This document shows, piece after piece, positions 14,643 through 27,415 of a stretch of DNA of 64,000 nt (position 1 is the first letter of the stretch; each line of letters opens with the position of its first letter). Both the position numbers and the translations under genes were made by a program. The notes under the pieces were generated by a model. The model searched no databases. It had not been told where the DNA came from and saw only the letters and a list, made by a program, of their open reading frames with translations. This DNA comes from Epiperipatus broadwayi (Eukaryota > Animalia > Onychophora): positions 7,874,001 to 7,938,000 of the forward strand of contig JAQFVV010000003.1 of the NCBI GenBank assembly GCA_028023455.1, read 5' to 3'.

Positions 14643-14664
14643 GAAACCCGGAAAAAAAATACGA

Positions 14665-17606
14665 TGTACCGGTCAAAAAACACACATCGATCCAACAAAC
14701 CCCTGAATACAGGTAAAGTATCTTGAGTCTGACCACGTACAAGATAGATAAATCAGGTACATTGTGAATTCTGCCCTATTAACCTATATCCCCAGGTCAA
14801 AGATCTAATCAATAGCCTTTCTCGACAATACGATCAAATTCCCTTATTTTCACTGTGCCGGTAGCTGGCTCTTAAAGCATGAGATTCAATTTTATTATAT
14901 TTAAATTAGAATTTGGGTGATTGGTTGATAGGCATATTTAAAAATCAAAATTTATTTAAAATAAAAGTAAATAAAATGATTCGAGAACACTGGAAGTTTG
15001 TTTTAGTTATATATATATATTTAAAATCATTAGACATTCTACATTAATTATTTTACATTAGTTTAACTCAAGCTCAAAAAAAACAAAAATACAATTTTTA
15101 AATTAACTTCATTATGATTTCATGATGATTTTATTTATATTAGCGGTCAGCATTGACATTATTGAGTTTGTACAATTTATTTTGTGAAGTTTATACATCT
15201 TTACTTTTGTTTACATTTATTGTTTTTTTTAAAATAGCAAAAATTATTTCATAATTAAATGACCACGGATTTCAAAATTCCCCGTGCACATTTATTACAA
15301 ACTTGGAAGATAGCGGTAGGTTTAAACATCTGCCTAACGCACATATATAAGAATCACTATTTGAATGAATTCTTTATATAAGATTTAAAAAAAACATTCC
15401 TATTAAAAAAACCTTAATTAAATAGACAATTATAAGACTAACTTGACGTGAGTGGACCTTGCTGGCATAGCTTATAAATAACTTTAAAACTGTAAGCGGT
15501 TATAATAAAAAAATCTATCAATTATCAAGAAACAAGCCACTTTAATTGGACTTACAACTAAAATCAAACCTATAAGAATTATATAACATGAATTAGCCAA
15601 AACCAAATGATTTTAACTAATTACGCAAATGAACAAAAGAGTCGATTACTCAGGTTGAAGATCCTTTCAGTAGAATCATTTCCCTATAGCTTACGTATCA
15701 GAAAGGCAAAATAAAAGCAAAACAATGTCGGGATTAATAAATATACGAATGCAAAGGAAAGAAGAAACGTAAGTAAAAAAATATGAGCCGGATTACGGAC
15801 ACTCGTATGTCTATTCCCACAAAGAATAAAAGGAAAATCGATACGTCCACATTGTGTCCATATATCAATAGGAGATAGGACTTACGGAGGGCCCTCATAT
15901 TCGCCTGTATGAATTCTGCTGACAGACCAATTCTATCTCAACCACGCTGTCCGATTTCGCAGGCGTATGCGAAAAATGGAAGCTAACTCCAAATCACCAA
16001 ATCTATGACTGTTTTAGGTCTGTTCATGAGACTCCAAGCATTCTTTATTAACCCGAGATATTATAATTATTAAATAGGAACGAATTATAATTAAATAGCC
16101 TTAAAATGATCTAATACTGCATAGAGAACAACCTGCGTAAACAACTACTTTATATACATATTTAACCTACAAGAAAAAAACATACATGTAGAAATAAGGG
16201 AATTTAATTCTCAAAAAAATCCCCCTTCCCTCTTTTCTAACTTAAAAAAAAGCCATGATAACTAACTGACACTATCCAGCGGCTCTGTTACTAGGTCAAA
16301 AGTCTATAGCATATTTTATTCAGTTTTGAATTACAGAAATATCGAATAATAGAATCCCATCCTGGGAAATCTATAATAAAACTATTTAAAGAAAATATGG
16401 TAAGCTTGATTTTCTTAGAAACATATATATTCGACATAACCTCACTCGCAAAAATAGATCAACTTACTTTACTTTTAAAATCAAATCGTTCTTTGTTAAA
16501 ATTCTCTTTCCCTAATAAAACATAATTTGCTCTCTTAGCAAACTATGCTCTTTGGACCCCCACGAGTGAAGTCAAAATAAAAAAAAATCAAAGCATGACA
16601 TAATCTCATGCTAAAAAAAATAATATAAAACAAATAAATAAATTCCTATTCAATTAATTATATATATATTAAAAGTTATAGTGAGCTTGAGTTAATGAAA
16701 ACATAATTTAAAAGAAAAGGTTAGAAGAGTCAGTTAAAAAAAAAATTCTTAATAAACATTAACTTATGACATTTTTTTAAGCTTTACGAAACTACATTTA
16801 GACTGTAATAATAATTTTCAAATCTTGACGACATGTATTTAAGCTCTTTGACATTTTACCTGGAGTTCCCCTGTATGAGTTCACGGGCGAACCTTGATGG
16901 CTGGTGGCATTTGAAGGCAGGTTCTGGCAGCAACATAATGGAAGATTTCAGGTCTCAGGAAGGAAAGGGCAGCGATTTACCCTGTTTTACTCCTCGATCA
17001 TCATAGCATGCTTTCTACAACTCTGGCTGTTCTCTGTCTAGTTCTGGTCACTAGTCACTCTCTTCTTTTCAAAAAAAAGGGCCACTATTTATTACTTCCT
17101 GCTGGCTCAGGTGATCTTCTTTTTGGAACAATAGAAATTGTTTTTATTCTAATTTTAGAAAGTTTGTACCTTGATAAGGATCAATATATTTCAATATAAT
17201 TTTATGTTAGGTTTTAATTTAGATAACAATGTAGGATTTTGGTAATTTATCAATGCTTTTAATTTAAACATTTATTTTAAACTTCTTATCGAGGTACAAA
17301 TCTTTTCAAAAAGGCCATCTTGGATTCTTGAACTAAAATAAAGCATTTTAAACATATACAGTATGTCTAAAATATATAAAAAATTCAAACTTAATTATTT
17401 GAATTTTTTTTCTTTTAATAATAAAATAGAATAAGTGTTAGTACAATTATGATCCAAAATAAATTATAGGATTTATTCAAGATAGTTAAAAATGTTTAAA
17501 AAATGTTATTTTTAGAATAATAAAAAAAAAAGCAAATGTTAGTAAAATAAATAATTAGGTGGGTCAGACCATGAAACGGCAAATCTGAATCAGATTTACC
17601 ATTTCA
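14665..17606 (-). repeat. 5' LTR of Gypsy-1 (2942 bp)
   Basis: Direct repeat of 5944-9018 with the same TG...CA termini. Confidence 0.93.
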
Positions 17607-18660
17607 ATATACATAATTTTTTTTCTTTTATAAAACATTACATCTGGGTCTATCCTCTTGGACTTGATCTGGTTTTCATTTCCCAGGACCACATTTTTGA
17701 GGTTCATCCCTACATTAGCTTATTATGCACTAGCATGTTTATGCCTAATGAAAGTGAAGGAACCTTCATAAGTGTTGCATGATATATGGAACTGGGGACC
17801 TTTTTGCTTCTTGGTTGGTAGGGTGTTACCTATTATCATGATCCACAATCTACTTTATTTGGATCATCTTCTATATAGTGGAGGGATTTCAAATGTCATA
17901 TCAGAAATGTAAGATGATCAGACATATGATTTCCATTTGACCTTTCCTAACTGATGTGGTAGTTGTGACAATGTTTTTCAGTGGCAATCCCTTTTATTGG
18001 TATCTATCTGCTTTGAAAGCTGTCACCACATTTTGGTTCTTGGCACTGGTCGCTCTTACTATTTGGATCTTCTATGGTGATTCTGGATTATTTCCCATGT
18101 CATCCAATTCTTCCTATTGTTGTGGGTCCCAGAGTCAACCTTGGTACATTGTACTTCAAAGGTTGGAATCTCTGACACAGCTGAGACTCTATTACTACCA
18201 AGCTTTGATAGAGTGTCTTGTCTATGCTGTCTATCCTATCTCACATTTCAGTGGCACTTTCCATAACCTTCTCTATAGAACTTTGTCCTTGACTGAGTCT
18301 GTTTTACTGAGGTTATTCTCAATTTGTTTAAATTGTTGATCTAAGGCTACTAAGGCTTCGTTACATGACTGCCTCGAGGCTCTGAGATATGGAGAGTTGG
18401 TCCATCCTTGTGTGACTAATTCTGTTCAGACTCTGTCTTGCAGCTTTTCATATTCTCTATGCATCTTTTTCTGAAGACCTCCTGACTCTTGTGTACTTTA
18501 TCACATTTGACACTCAGTTGATCAATGATACTTGACTTGAACTCTTCAAATCATTACTGGCATTTTAGGTCTTTCTCTTCCATATCATTCCTTAGATTGC
18601 CAAGTGCCAGCTTCACCTCTGAGTTGTCTCTTAGTACACTATTCAAAATTTTCAGTAGTT
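17607..18660 (-). mobile_element. Old Gypsy relic, 5' part (coiled-coil ORF remnant plus first IN-tail fragment), interrupted by Gypsy-1
   Basis: The - strand at ~17750-17850 reads KQKGPQFHISCNTYEGSFTFI, matching KQKGPKFHKLCNMYEGHFTFI at 62115-62180. Upstream frames are broken and coiled-coil-like. Confidence 0.55.
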
Positions 18661-18684
18661 GTTTCATATCAGTGGACAACATAA

Positions 18685-20255
18685 TTTTTTAAGCTTTCTT
18701 CAGCCATCCACTCCTATCTCATATAACTGATACACATGATCACACACATGTAAAAAATATAAACGATCTCCAATAAACATATTTCATGCAAAACAAACAC
18801 TCATCAATTGGTCCAGATCATTATCTACCATAAACATATATATAATCAGTGCTTGGTTTATATTAATATAGCAAATCTTTACACTTGAAGCAAAGGCTCC
18901 AATATACTCCAGCTTCTAACTTTTCAGCCATTCATACCATTGAAAATCTGATGATGATATGCCCAAATTCTTTGTTAATGCCAATATATTGTCATGATCA
19001 TGATGACTTTGTCACTCTGACCTTGTCTATTTAAATACACAGACAAGGGATGGATAGGATACAGGCCGGATATGCAATATTTTATATACAAGTTCATTTT
19101 ATATACCTGGAGTCTAGATGTAATATAGGAAAATTTGAACATAAACTTTCAACCTCCAACCATCTACTCTATCTCATATAATGCATGACCACACTCATGT
19201 GAAAAAGATAAATGATCCCCAATATATGTATTTCATGCTAAACCAACACTCATCAGTTGGTCCAGATCATCTTCCACACATATTTATAATCAGTTCTCAG
19301 TTTATATTAAGATAGAAAACTTCACACTTTATTTATCTTTTTTACATGTGTGTGATCATGTGTATCAGTCATATGAGATAGAGTGGATTGCTGAAGGGAA
19401 CTTGAAATTCTGTGTTTAAATTTCCTGTATTACATCTAGATTTCAGGTCTATAAAATATATTTGTATTTAAAATATTAACAAATTCAGATTGTATTCTGA
19501 TCATCCCTCTTCTATATATTTAAATTGACAAGGTAATATACATGAGAGGTCACAATGACTGAAATTCAACATGGAAATGACAATAATATTAGCATTAGCA
19601 AGGGATTTGGGCATTCCATCATCAGATTTTTAATGGTATGGATGGCTGAAGAGTTGGAGGGTGAAATAGATTGAAGATTGTCCATTAAAGTGTGAAGATT
19701 TGCTATCTTAATATAAACCAAGCACTCATTATATATATGTAAAGGATATGATGATCTGAACCAACTGTCAAATGCTGGTTCCACAGTAAATACATGTATC
19801 GAAGATCATTTATCTTTTTCATATGTATGTGGTCATGTGTATCAGTTACATGAGAGAGATTGGATAACTTTTGGGAACTTGAAAGTCTGTGTTCAAATCC
19901 TCTACAAGTATGCTTTTTATACCTGGAGTTTAGATGTAATATAGGGGATTTAAACATAGACTTAAAGTCAACATGGGCATGACAATAATATTGGCATTAA
20001 CAAAGGATTTAAAGTTGGAGAGAGGAGTAGATTGAAGTCTGCCCATTAAAGTGTGAAGACTTGCTATCTTTATATAAACTGAATACTGATTACATACATG
20101 AATTGGAGAAGATGATCTGGATCAACTGATGAGTGCTGATTCAGCACAAAGTACATATATTGGAGATTATTTATCTTTTTCATGTGTGTGGTCATGTGTA
20201 TCAGTTGTATAAGATAGAGTAGATAACTGAAAGGAGCTTAAAAGTCTGTGCTCAA
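18685..20255. mobile_element. Family R hammerhead-bearing tandem repeat (retrozyme-like), head-to-head array of ~450-480-bp units
   Basis: Antisense arm 18685-19330 (HHRs at 18770 and 19219 on -); sense arm 19331-20255 (HHRs at 19761 and 20122 on +); unit spacing 449-477 bp. Confidence 0.85.
19219..19260 (-). ncRNA. Minimal type I hammerhead ribozyme, family R (best-preserved copy)
   Basis: CCAA CUGAUGA G UGUUGG UUU AGCA U GAAA UACAUA UA/UUGG: stem I CCAA:UUGG, complete core, short stem III. Confidence 0.8.
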
Positions 20256-20924
20256 ATCCTGTAAACCCTGGTGTATTAGGAAACTCTAAGAATCATAAAC
20301 AGATGCATTATTATGGGGCACAAAATCATTTTTTAAAAATCTAAAAGACTTCAGAGATTAATATTTTTTTGTTTTGCCTCTAAAATTATATGTTGATGGT
20401 AAATTTGTGTTAATTAAGAGTTAAATAAATTTATGTGAGAATTTAAGTAATAATTGTTAAGAATGAATTGATAGAATTCACTTTTGAATGTTTTCTCATT
20501 TGAATATGTATTTTTTATTTGAAAGTTTTGATTTTTCTAATAATATTGTACATATTTATTTTAAAAACTTCGAATAATTGGCTTGATTGCCATAGTAAAT
20601 ATGTATTTTAATATATTTAATGCATTTATACAGAGCTTTAAATATCTGTTATAAATAATCGATGCATTAGTTGGTATTATTTTTAGGAAGATTAGGATGT
20701 TTTTATATTGTTTTAAACTTAATGGTGAAAATGTTTCAGTTATTATGAAATTAAAATAATTTTATTATAAGCAATCAAGCAGAGAATTTTCTGAACCAAA
20801 AATTCATTATGAAGCTGGTTAATTCAAGGACATGCCATATGATATTATTAAAAATTGGATGGTTTTTTGGCTCAAGAATCCATCTATAAAATTATTTATA
20901 TAGGATGATGATATTATTAGTTTC

Positions 20925-22010
20925 AAAACTATTATTTGTTATAAGATCATTTACAGCTTCAAAGTTATATAAATGGTTATTTTAAATAGTCACATGATAG
21001 TAATACATACATATACATATATATATATATATATTAATAAAATAATGATATTACTGATCAAATAAAATCAGTGATTCAAGATTTTTAACATGCATTTTTA
21101 CCTTATACATATATCAATCAAATTTCATAACTATATATGATCGTATCGCTCACACATTAATGTAATTTGTTTCAATCGAAGTATAGCTTTTGATCAAGTA
21201 ATTCATGGCTTTTCATTAGATTTGGTAAATTGGTTCATATCATATTTACAAAAACTCATATTCTTATGTAAATGAATTAAATGTACCACAGTGAAGTATA
21301 TTAGCACCTTTGCTATTTGCAACACATATAAATGATCTAAATAAATTTATTGTGGTAGATAATTTATTACTATTATATGCTGATGGCCAAACAATAAAGA
21401 CTTACTTATTATAAAATCATATACAACTTCAAACTTATATATATGGTTTTTCTAAATAGTATCATGAGAATAATATGTATATAAACATGGTAAAATATTA
21501 ATTAATGGTATTATTGGTCAAATAAATTTATCAATTTCAAGTTTGCAATATGGGTTTTATCATGTAGATGTATTGATTAAATTTAATACCTATACACAGT
21601 CATATCAGTCACAAATTGATGTAATTTATTTTGATTTAAGTAAAGCTTTTGGTTGATTATTTATTCCAAACTTTTAAAGAAAATATCTATTACAGACTTT
21701 TCATTAGGTTTGATAAATTGGTTCAAGTCATATTTCCAAAACAGACCTTTTATTAAATTTAATAGCATTTCGTATTTTTATGTAAATGAATTGAGTGTAT
21801 TACAATGAAATGTATGAGCACTTTTGTTAAATAAATTTATTGTGGTGGATAATTTATTATTATCATATACTGATGGCTATAAAAATTTTAAGATTATTAC
21901 TTGTTATGAAGATCATATACAGCTTCTAGCTTATATGGATGTTTTTCTAAATGATGCCATAAGAATAATATGTATATAAATACAGATAAATGCTGTACTA
22001 TTATTTATGC
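20925..22010 (+). mobile_element. Degenerate non-LTR (CR1/L2/Jockey-like) RT segment, tandemly repeated ~2.3 times with 470-495-bp period
   Basis: QIDVIYFDLSKAF (21612-21650), LINWFKSYFQNR (~21710-21745), LLLYAD (21367-21384), NNMYINTDKC (~21965-21995). Marker gatcat.tacagcttc recurs at 20945, ~21416 and 21911. Confidence 0.7.
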
Positions 22011-22189
22011 AAGAAAGTTCAATATTTTATTGATCCATATTCCATAGATGGACAATCTATTGCATATAAAGCATATCATAAAGATTCTGCAATTTGATTT
22101 AATCAAAATGGTTCTTTTATAACATGTAAATAATATGATCTACAAAACTAACATGATAAATGAACTTATTATTCATAATATTATTACTG

Positions 22190-22450
22190 TAATACACATA
22201 TAAAGATAATATAAACTGAGCACTGATTATATATGTGTGAGGGAGATGATAATCTGGACTAACTGATGAGTGCTGGTTCAGCATAAAATACATATATTGG
22301 TGATTATTTATCTTTTTTACATATGTGTGGTCATATGTATCAGTAGTCTGAGATAGTGTGGATAGTTGAAGGTTGCTTGAAAGTCTGAGTTCAAATCCCC
22401 TACATTTACAATTAAGTTCCAGATATAAGAATGCCTGTATTTTAAATCTT
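22190..22450 (+). mobile_element. Family R partial unit with HHR at 22259-22300
   Basis: CUAA CUGAUGA G UGCUG GUU CAGCA U AAAA UACAUA UA UUGG; flanks match family R. Confidence 0.8.
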
Positions 22451-24389
22451 ATATAAAGATACACCTATTTAATAATTTTGTATTACTTTTAATGGAATAT
22501 TATTCAGAGATATAGAATACAAATAAATTATCATAAATAAACAACTACCAGCAATACATAGTCAATTTTTACTATAATTAATACAAAAAACATCTATATA
22601 GACTTGTTTCATCAATGAACGATATAGGAGATGAAACTTTTTTATCAGATAATACATGAAAAAAATCTCATTGCATAACTATATTTCAAAGATACTAATA
22701 TGAGTATCCATGTACATGCAATGAACAATAATATATTTCATATTGATAAATCTAAATTTAAAACTTTACACCTAGCAGTATTATATAGACTTCCAAATCT
22801 TTATAATCAACATGTTAATAGCATTGATATACTCTCTTTTAATAGATTAATTACTTATAAAATATTTGTTTAAATATGTTTACTTATATACTACATATTT
22901 CTTTAAATAAATGATTTTCTTTACTAACGAAATAATAAATTGAATTAAATTATTAATATTAATTATTAGTTATGGTGTAATAAAAATAAAAGATAATTGT
23001 AAGATGACTATAGTGCAAAACAATGTGCTGACTGAGAAATATCGATAACCAAAAATAAGTCTGAGAATAACATCTGGTAGTCATTGATTATTCATGCTTA
23101 TGTTGTAAAAATAAAAAGTAACTATTCATATGGTAAATCACTTCTCTGTTATATTGTCCAATGTGTCCTTAGATAGAAGGTTCATGAATTGAGTAATATT
23201 ATCAATGAGAAATGGAATAGGTGTAGAAAAAAAATTAATGTATAGGTATACCTTTACAGTCAAAATAGATATTTTATGCAAAAAAAAACCATAAATATGA
23301 TGAAAATTATACTAAAGGTTATTCCAAAAGATCTATATATCAATAAAAGATGTTATTAAAATAAAAATTCTATGAAATTAAACAAGAACAGAATTACCGA
23401 AGAGTTGGAATAGTATACATATAAATAAAGAATGAAGGTTTTATTAAACATTAAAGTATATTCTAATCTGTATATGAAGTTAAATTATAACATGTGCTAT
23501 ATGGCTTATTCAAAAAACAAAAAAGTATATTTCAAATGTATCTATCTATAATGTGAAAGATTGATCTGACTTCTGGGATGATAGGAATGAGCTAAAAGTG
23601 AATATGGTCCACTAATAAAAACAAAAACCTTGTAAATTCATTCTTTCACTTTTTTACAATAGCAACTCTCCAACATCATAAAAAGAAAAGAAAGTTATGG
23701 ACTGAGAATACAAAGTAAGAGAGACATATTTTAGTAGGAATTAATGTTCTCTGTAGGATAGCTGAATGGTAAAGTGATACACTGGAAACATAGAGGTCAC
23801 GTCCAGTGCTCAAGTATTGTTATCTCCTGAATGTTAACCATATCTTAATTTAGTTTTGATGCAAACGAATATATGGTCTTAAGCCCTAAGAAGAGAATAT
23901 ATATATATATTTACAACACACATATATACATTCTGGGGGAATTTGCTTATATTCTAAATTATCTGCTTAGCAGCTGATCAAATACTTTAATTGTTTGTAT
24001 AACAATTTATTAATTTTTAATGGATTCTAAGTAAAGATATTAAAGAAAAATCATTTTATAATTATTTCCTGCTATTATTAATTTTTATCTTTAACGATAT
24101 TGTTTTCTAATTGAACTAGTCATTAAGTAGTCTAATTGTTTAAAAAGTGATAAGTAATAAGAAATACTTGAAAATTTTTGTCTAGTAGCATATTTGATAG
24201 CTAAAGATTCCTAGATTAATCCTCAGTTGAAAAAAGTGACTAACAAAACAAACAAGCTGAGCACGAGTGTTATTGTGATCAATTAACGCATGACTTTTTT
24301 GAGAAACTGCCTGTAAAATAAATAAATATAAAAAATAATCACATAACTTAAAAAACCAATTCTTATTCTATTAGCTGATTTTAATCAAT

Positions 24390-24450
24390 TGAACGAATGA
24401 CGCTTCTCCTACCAATGACGAAGGCCACGTCGTAATATAATCACGTACAT
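24390..24450. promoter_or_regulatory. CpG-rich micro-island with CCAAT, TGACG and CCACGTC motifs; possible unmethylated promoter or enhancer
   Basis: About 7 CpGs in 60 bp in an otherwise CpG-starved region: gaacgaatgacgcttctcctaccaatgacgaaggccacgtcgtaatataatcacgtac. Confidence 0.35.
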
Positions 24451-24579
24451 ATTTTATATTTAGTACATCAACCTTATTAATCAGAATATGCTCTAGAATC
24501 TTAATAATTTACCTATTTCTCCCATTCCATTTCTATCACCTACTGAAATCTTGAGTAATCAATAGATGATGCTGATAAT

Positions 24580-24700
24580 ACTTAATGAATACCTATCCAA
24601 TGTTGACTTATCCATATCCCAGACTAGTTTCTAGAATACGGTTTCCATCTGCAATAAGTTTTGAGTCTGGATTTAGTACACCTAGATTTTTGAATCTAAT
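24580..24700 (-). mobile_element. Family S fragment with a decayed HHR
   Basis: cccagactagtttctag...gtacacctagat matches the S unit at 40070-40140. Confidence 0.6.
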
Positions 24701-26559
24701 GTACCTTTCTTTCAGTAGCTATCAGAACTAGAAAAGAAAAAAAATATTTGCTACTTCAAAATAATGAATAGGCATAGGCCAGATATGCTTTGTTGATGTC
24801 ACTTTCATGTTAGAGAAAAAAAATTTTACCTTGTCAAAACGATAAAAAATTTAAAAAGTAGTAAACTGATATCAGTATATACTTTATATACACATACATA
24901 TATCTGACTATATGCACGCGCACACATACATATATAAATCTATAATAATTACATTTATGAATCAATTACTATGTGGTGGTAGCAAATCTATTTCTTTTTT
25001 CTATAAGAAAATTGAGTAAGTTTGAAATTATTTAAAATAAAATTCTTATTTCAGATAACTGACCTATAAAAAGCTACTCAAGATCTCACTAAATCATGGT
25101 TAATAAGTTTGGTAAATCCTATATTCTAGGAGAGTCTATAACCAAAGATCTTTGCCCTGCAGTGAGAGATTTAAAAGCTGTTTTATCTTTTACCATATAC
25201 ACAAAAAAAATAGTTGCGCTTTTTATTTGACTATCAATGCTATAAGGATTTTTACTCAAAATAGAATACAAATATGGATTTCTAATTCGCACAAGCTCCA
25301 TTTACAAACTGTATAAGCTTATATCTGTTCATTGCATAATATGTAGGCCAATATGGTTATATATGTGTCCCCAACTAAGACTGGGTGACCAGTGAACAAT
25401 TACACAATAAAGAACTCCACAAAATAACAGTAATATTTGAAGTAATAGTACTTTATATACAAATTTGGAAGAAAAATAAATAACTACTGATCTTTAATGC
25501 GAGTATACAGTTTGAATTTGATAGAGCTTAAGTCCCAAGTTAATTATTTTCCAGAAAATACTATTTACACAATAAAGAATAATCTGAATAGTGAATAGAC
25601 TGCAACAGCAATTTCTTGACAGTTCACTAATGTTCAATTTCCATGATTTATTTTCAGACTGGTTGCTACAAAAACAGTTCACAATGGGATCGGTTTATGC
25701 ATCTAGACCCTAGTCCAGTTAAGCTGCATATGAACACATCATAGTATAGTGCTGCAACTGATTATATGCTCCTTATAGCTTCCATTTCTGCAACAGTCCA
25801 CTAGTAACTCGAAAACTGCTGGGAAATCAATTCTTCATTTAGCTGCTATCCAGTTTCCTCAGGCTACGGTCTCCCAATCTCTGTGGGTCTGTTCACTATT
25901 GCCCATGAACACATTTCCACTGAGCATTGCACATTAACTGAAGCCTGACACTATATCTCTGCTATACCAGAACTGAACTAGAAAATCAACTGGAGATGCA
26001 CTCAAATGGTCAACGTACTTGTTACATATTATTTTTATAGCTTTCTGATTACTCCTATAATTAATTACCTTCTCTATATAAGGTAAGGTATTTAAATCCA
26101 TAGCTAATTAAATTGTGCCTTCAGAATTCCTTACCATATAAGGCAATTTAATCTCTTATCAAGAAATATTTGCAATCGACAAATATTTCTTGAAATTTTA
26201 TTGATTGCCATTTTGTTAATTCCTTAATTAAATTTTTATCAGTTATCAGTTCATGATCTAAAAAAAAATTTCTCTAATAAATTCTAGTATTTCTGGAGTA
26301 CACAAACTTATATAATATTTTTACAAAAATACAACAAATGTTATAAGGATTTTTACTCAAAATAAGAGGAAACATTAAATAGAGCCTTCTGGGTTGTTTA
26401 AAGAGAATACAAATATGCATTTCCTAATTCACACAAGCTCCATTCACAAACAAACTGTATAAGGTCATATCTGTTCATTGCATAATATATAGGCCAATAT
26501 GATTATATATTTAGTATTAAGGCATTTGCTACAAAGAAAAATGTTAACTAGTCAAGTAT

Positions 26560-26645
26560 TGGAAGCTGAGAGGTCAATGCAGTTGCCTTGCAAGCAGTTG
26601 TTGCAGGTTCGCTTCCCAGCTGATGCTTTGACATATGAAAAAAAA
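26560..26645 (+). mobile_element. Degenerate tRNA-derived SINE head (tRNA-Ala-like)
   Basis: A-box-like agctgagaggtc, cttgcaa loop, B-box-like ggttcgcttccc, A-rich end; related copy at 55550-55660. Confidence 0.4.
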
Positions 26646-27194
26646 GTTAACTAATACTATATATCTCCTATTCCTATTAACCATTGAAATGACAGCTATT
26701 GTCTTATTAGAATTAATAAATATCTCATGGAATTTTATTTACATTTTATTATATTATGTTTAGCATCTAGTAATATGCTACTCTTACAATGCATTAAAAC
26801 TTTATTTTAAAAAACCATGAGATAATTATCATGTATGGGATATAACATGGCTTTTCCTTTGCTGAAGTTAGTGAGTTTCTGAGCATAAGCCATACTTCCA
26901 GAAAACCAGTTAGCCAAGGTAATCATTGTCTTTTGAGTTTTTTTTTATACTACTATTAACCCATATATTTCTTTGGCCCTATTAATCTCTTTACACTTTA
27001 TAATTGCCATACTTGAATTTTCCTTTTTGATTCTATTTTAAATAAAGCTGTTTATATTATTTTCACTCTTATGTTCCACTTACTTTTTCACTCATTTCAC
27101 TTCTTAATTCTGTTAACATCATATATTCCAAGAAATAAATGTTCAATATTCTCTTTACTGTTTCCACATAAAGTACATCTAATTATATATGTAA

Positions 27195-27415
27195 TATATA
27201 AGGGGTTTGAACTCAGACTTTCACATGATCCTCAACCATCCATGCTATCTCATACCGCTGATACACTTGATCACACACATGTCAAAAAGATAAATAATCA
27301 CCAATATTTGTATTTTGTGCTAAACCAGCACTCATCTATTGGTCCAAATTACCATCTCCATATATATATGCAATCAAAGCTCAGCTTATATTAAGATAGC
27401 CAATCTTCATACTTT
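27195..27415 (-). mobile_element. Family R partial unit with a decayed HHR at 27301-27342
   Basis: The - strand reads CCAA UAGAUGA G UGCUG GUU UAGCA C AAAA UACAAA UA UUGG. Confidence 0.8.

Larger units (their letters stand above)
5944..17606 (-). mobile_element. Structurally complete but degenerate Ty3/Gypsy LTR retrotransposon (Osvaldo/Ulysses-like by inference), 11,663 bp
   Basis: Two ~3-kb direct repeats with TG...CA ends; 4-bp TSD ATAT (5940-5943 and 17607-17610); internal order gag-PR-RT-RNaseH-IN; PPT and tRNA-Lys-like PBS present. Confidence 0.95.

Noticed and set aside
18941-18990. CUGAUGA on the opposite strand of the R unit (possible second-polarity HHR, viroid-like ambisense)
   Set aside because: Followed by CAAA rather than GAAA in the copies at 18.9 and 19.6 kb; stem III is not palindromic and stem I is poor. 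Worth rechecking only on a consensus.
18685-20255. R/S palindromes as whole-genome-amplification chimeras
   Set aside because: Arms differ by multiple substitutions, many CpG-type, and one locus is split by an LTR element, so they predate sequencing.
24412-24429. ER-stress element (ERSE)
   Set aside because: Spacer is N8, not the N9 of CCAAT-N9-CCACG.
25380-26300. Moderately GC-rich block between ~130-165-bp direct repeats (25241 and 26344), possible transposase relic
   Set aside because: No recognisable motif in any frame by eye; needs BLASTX.
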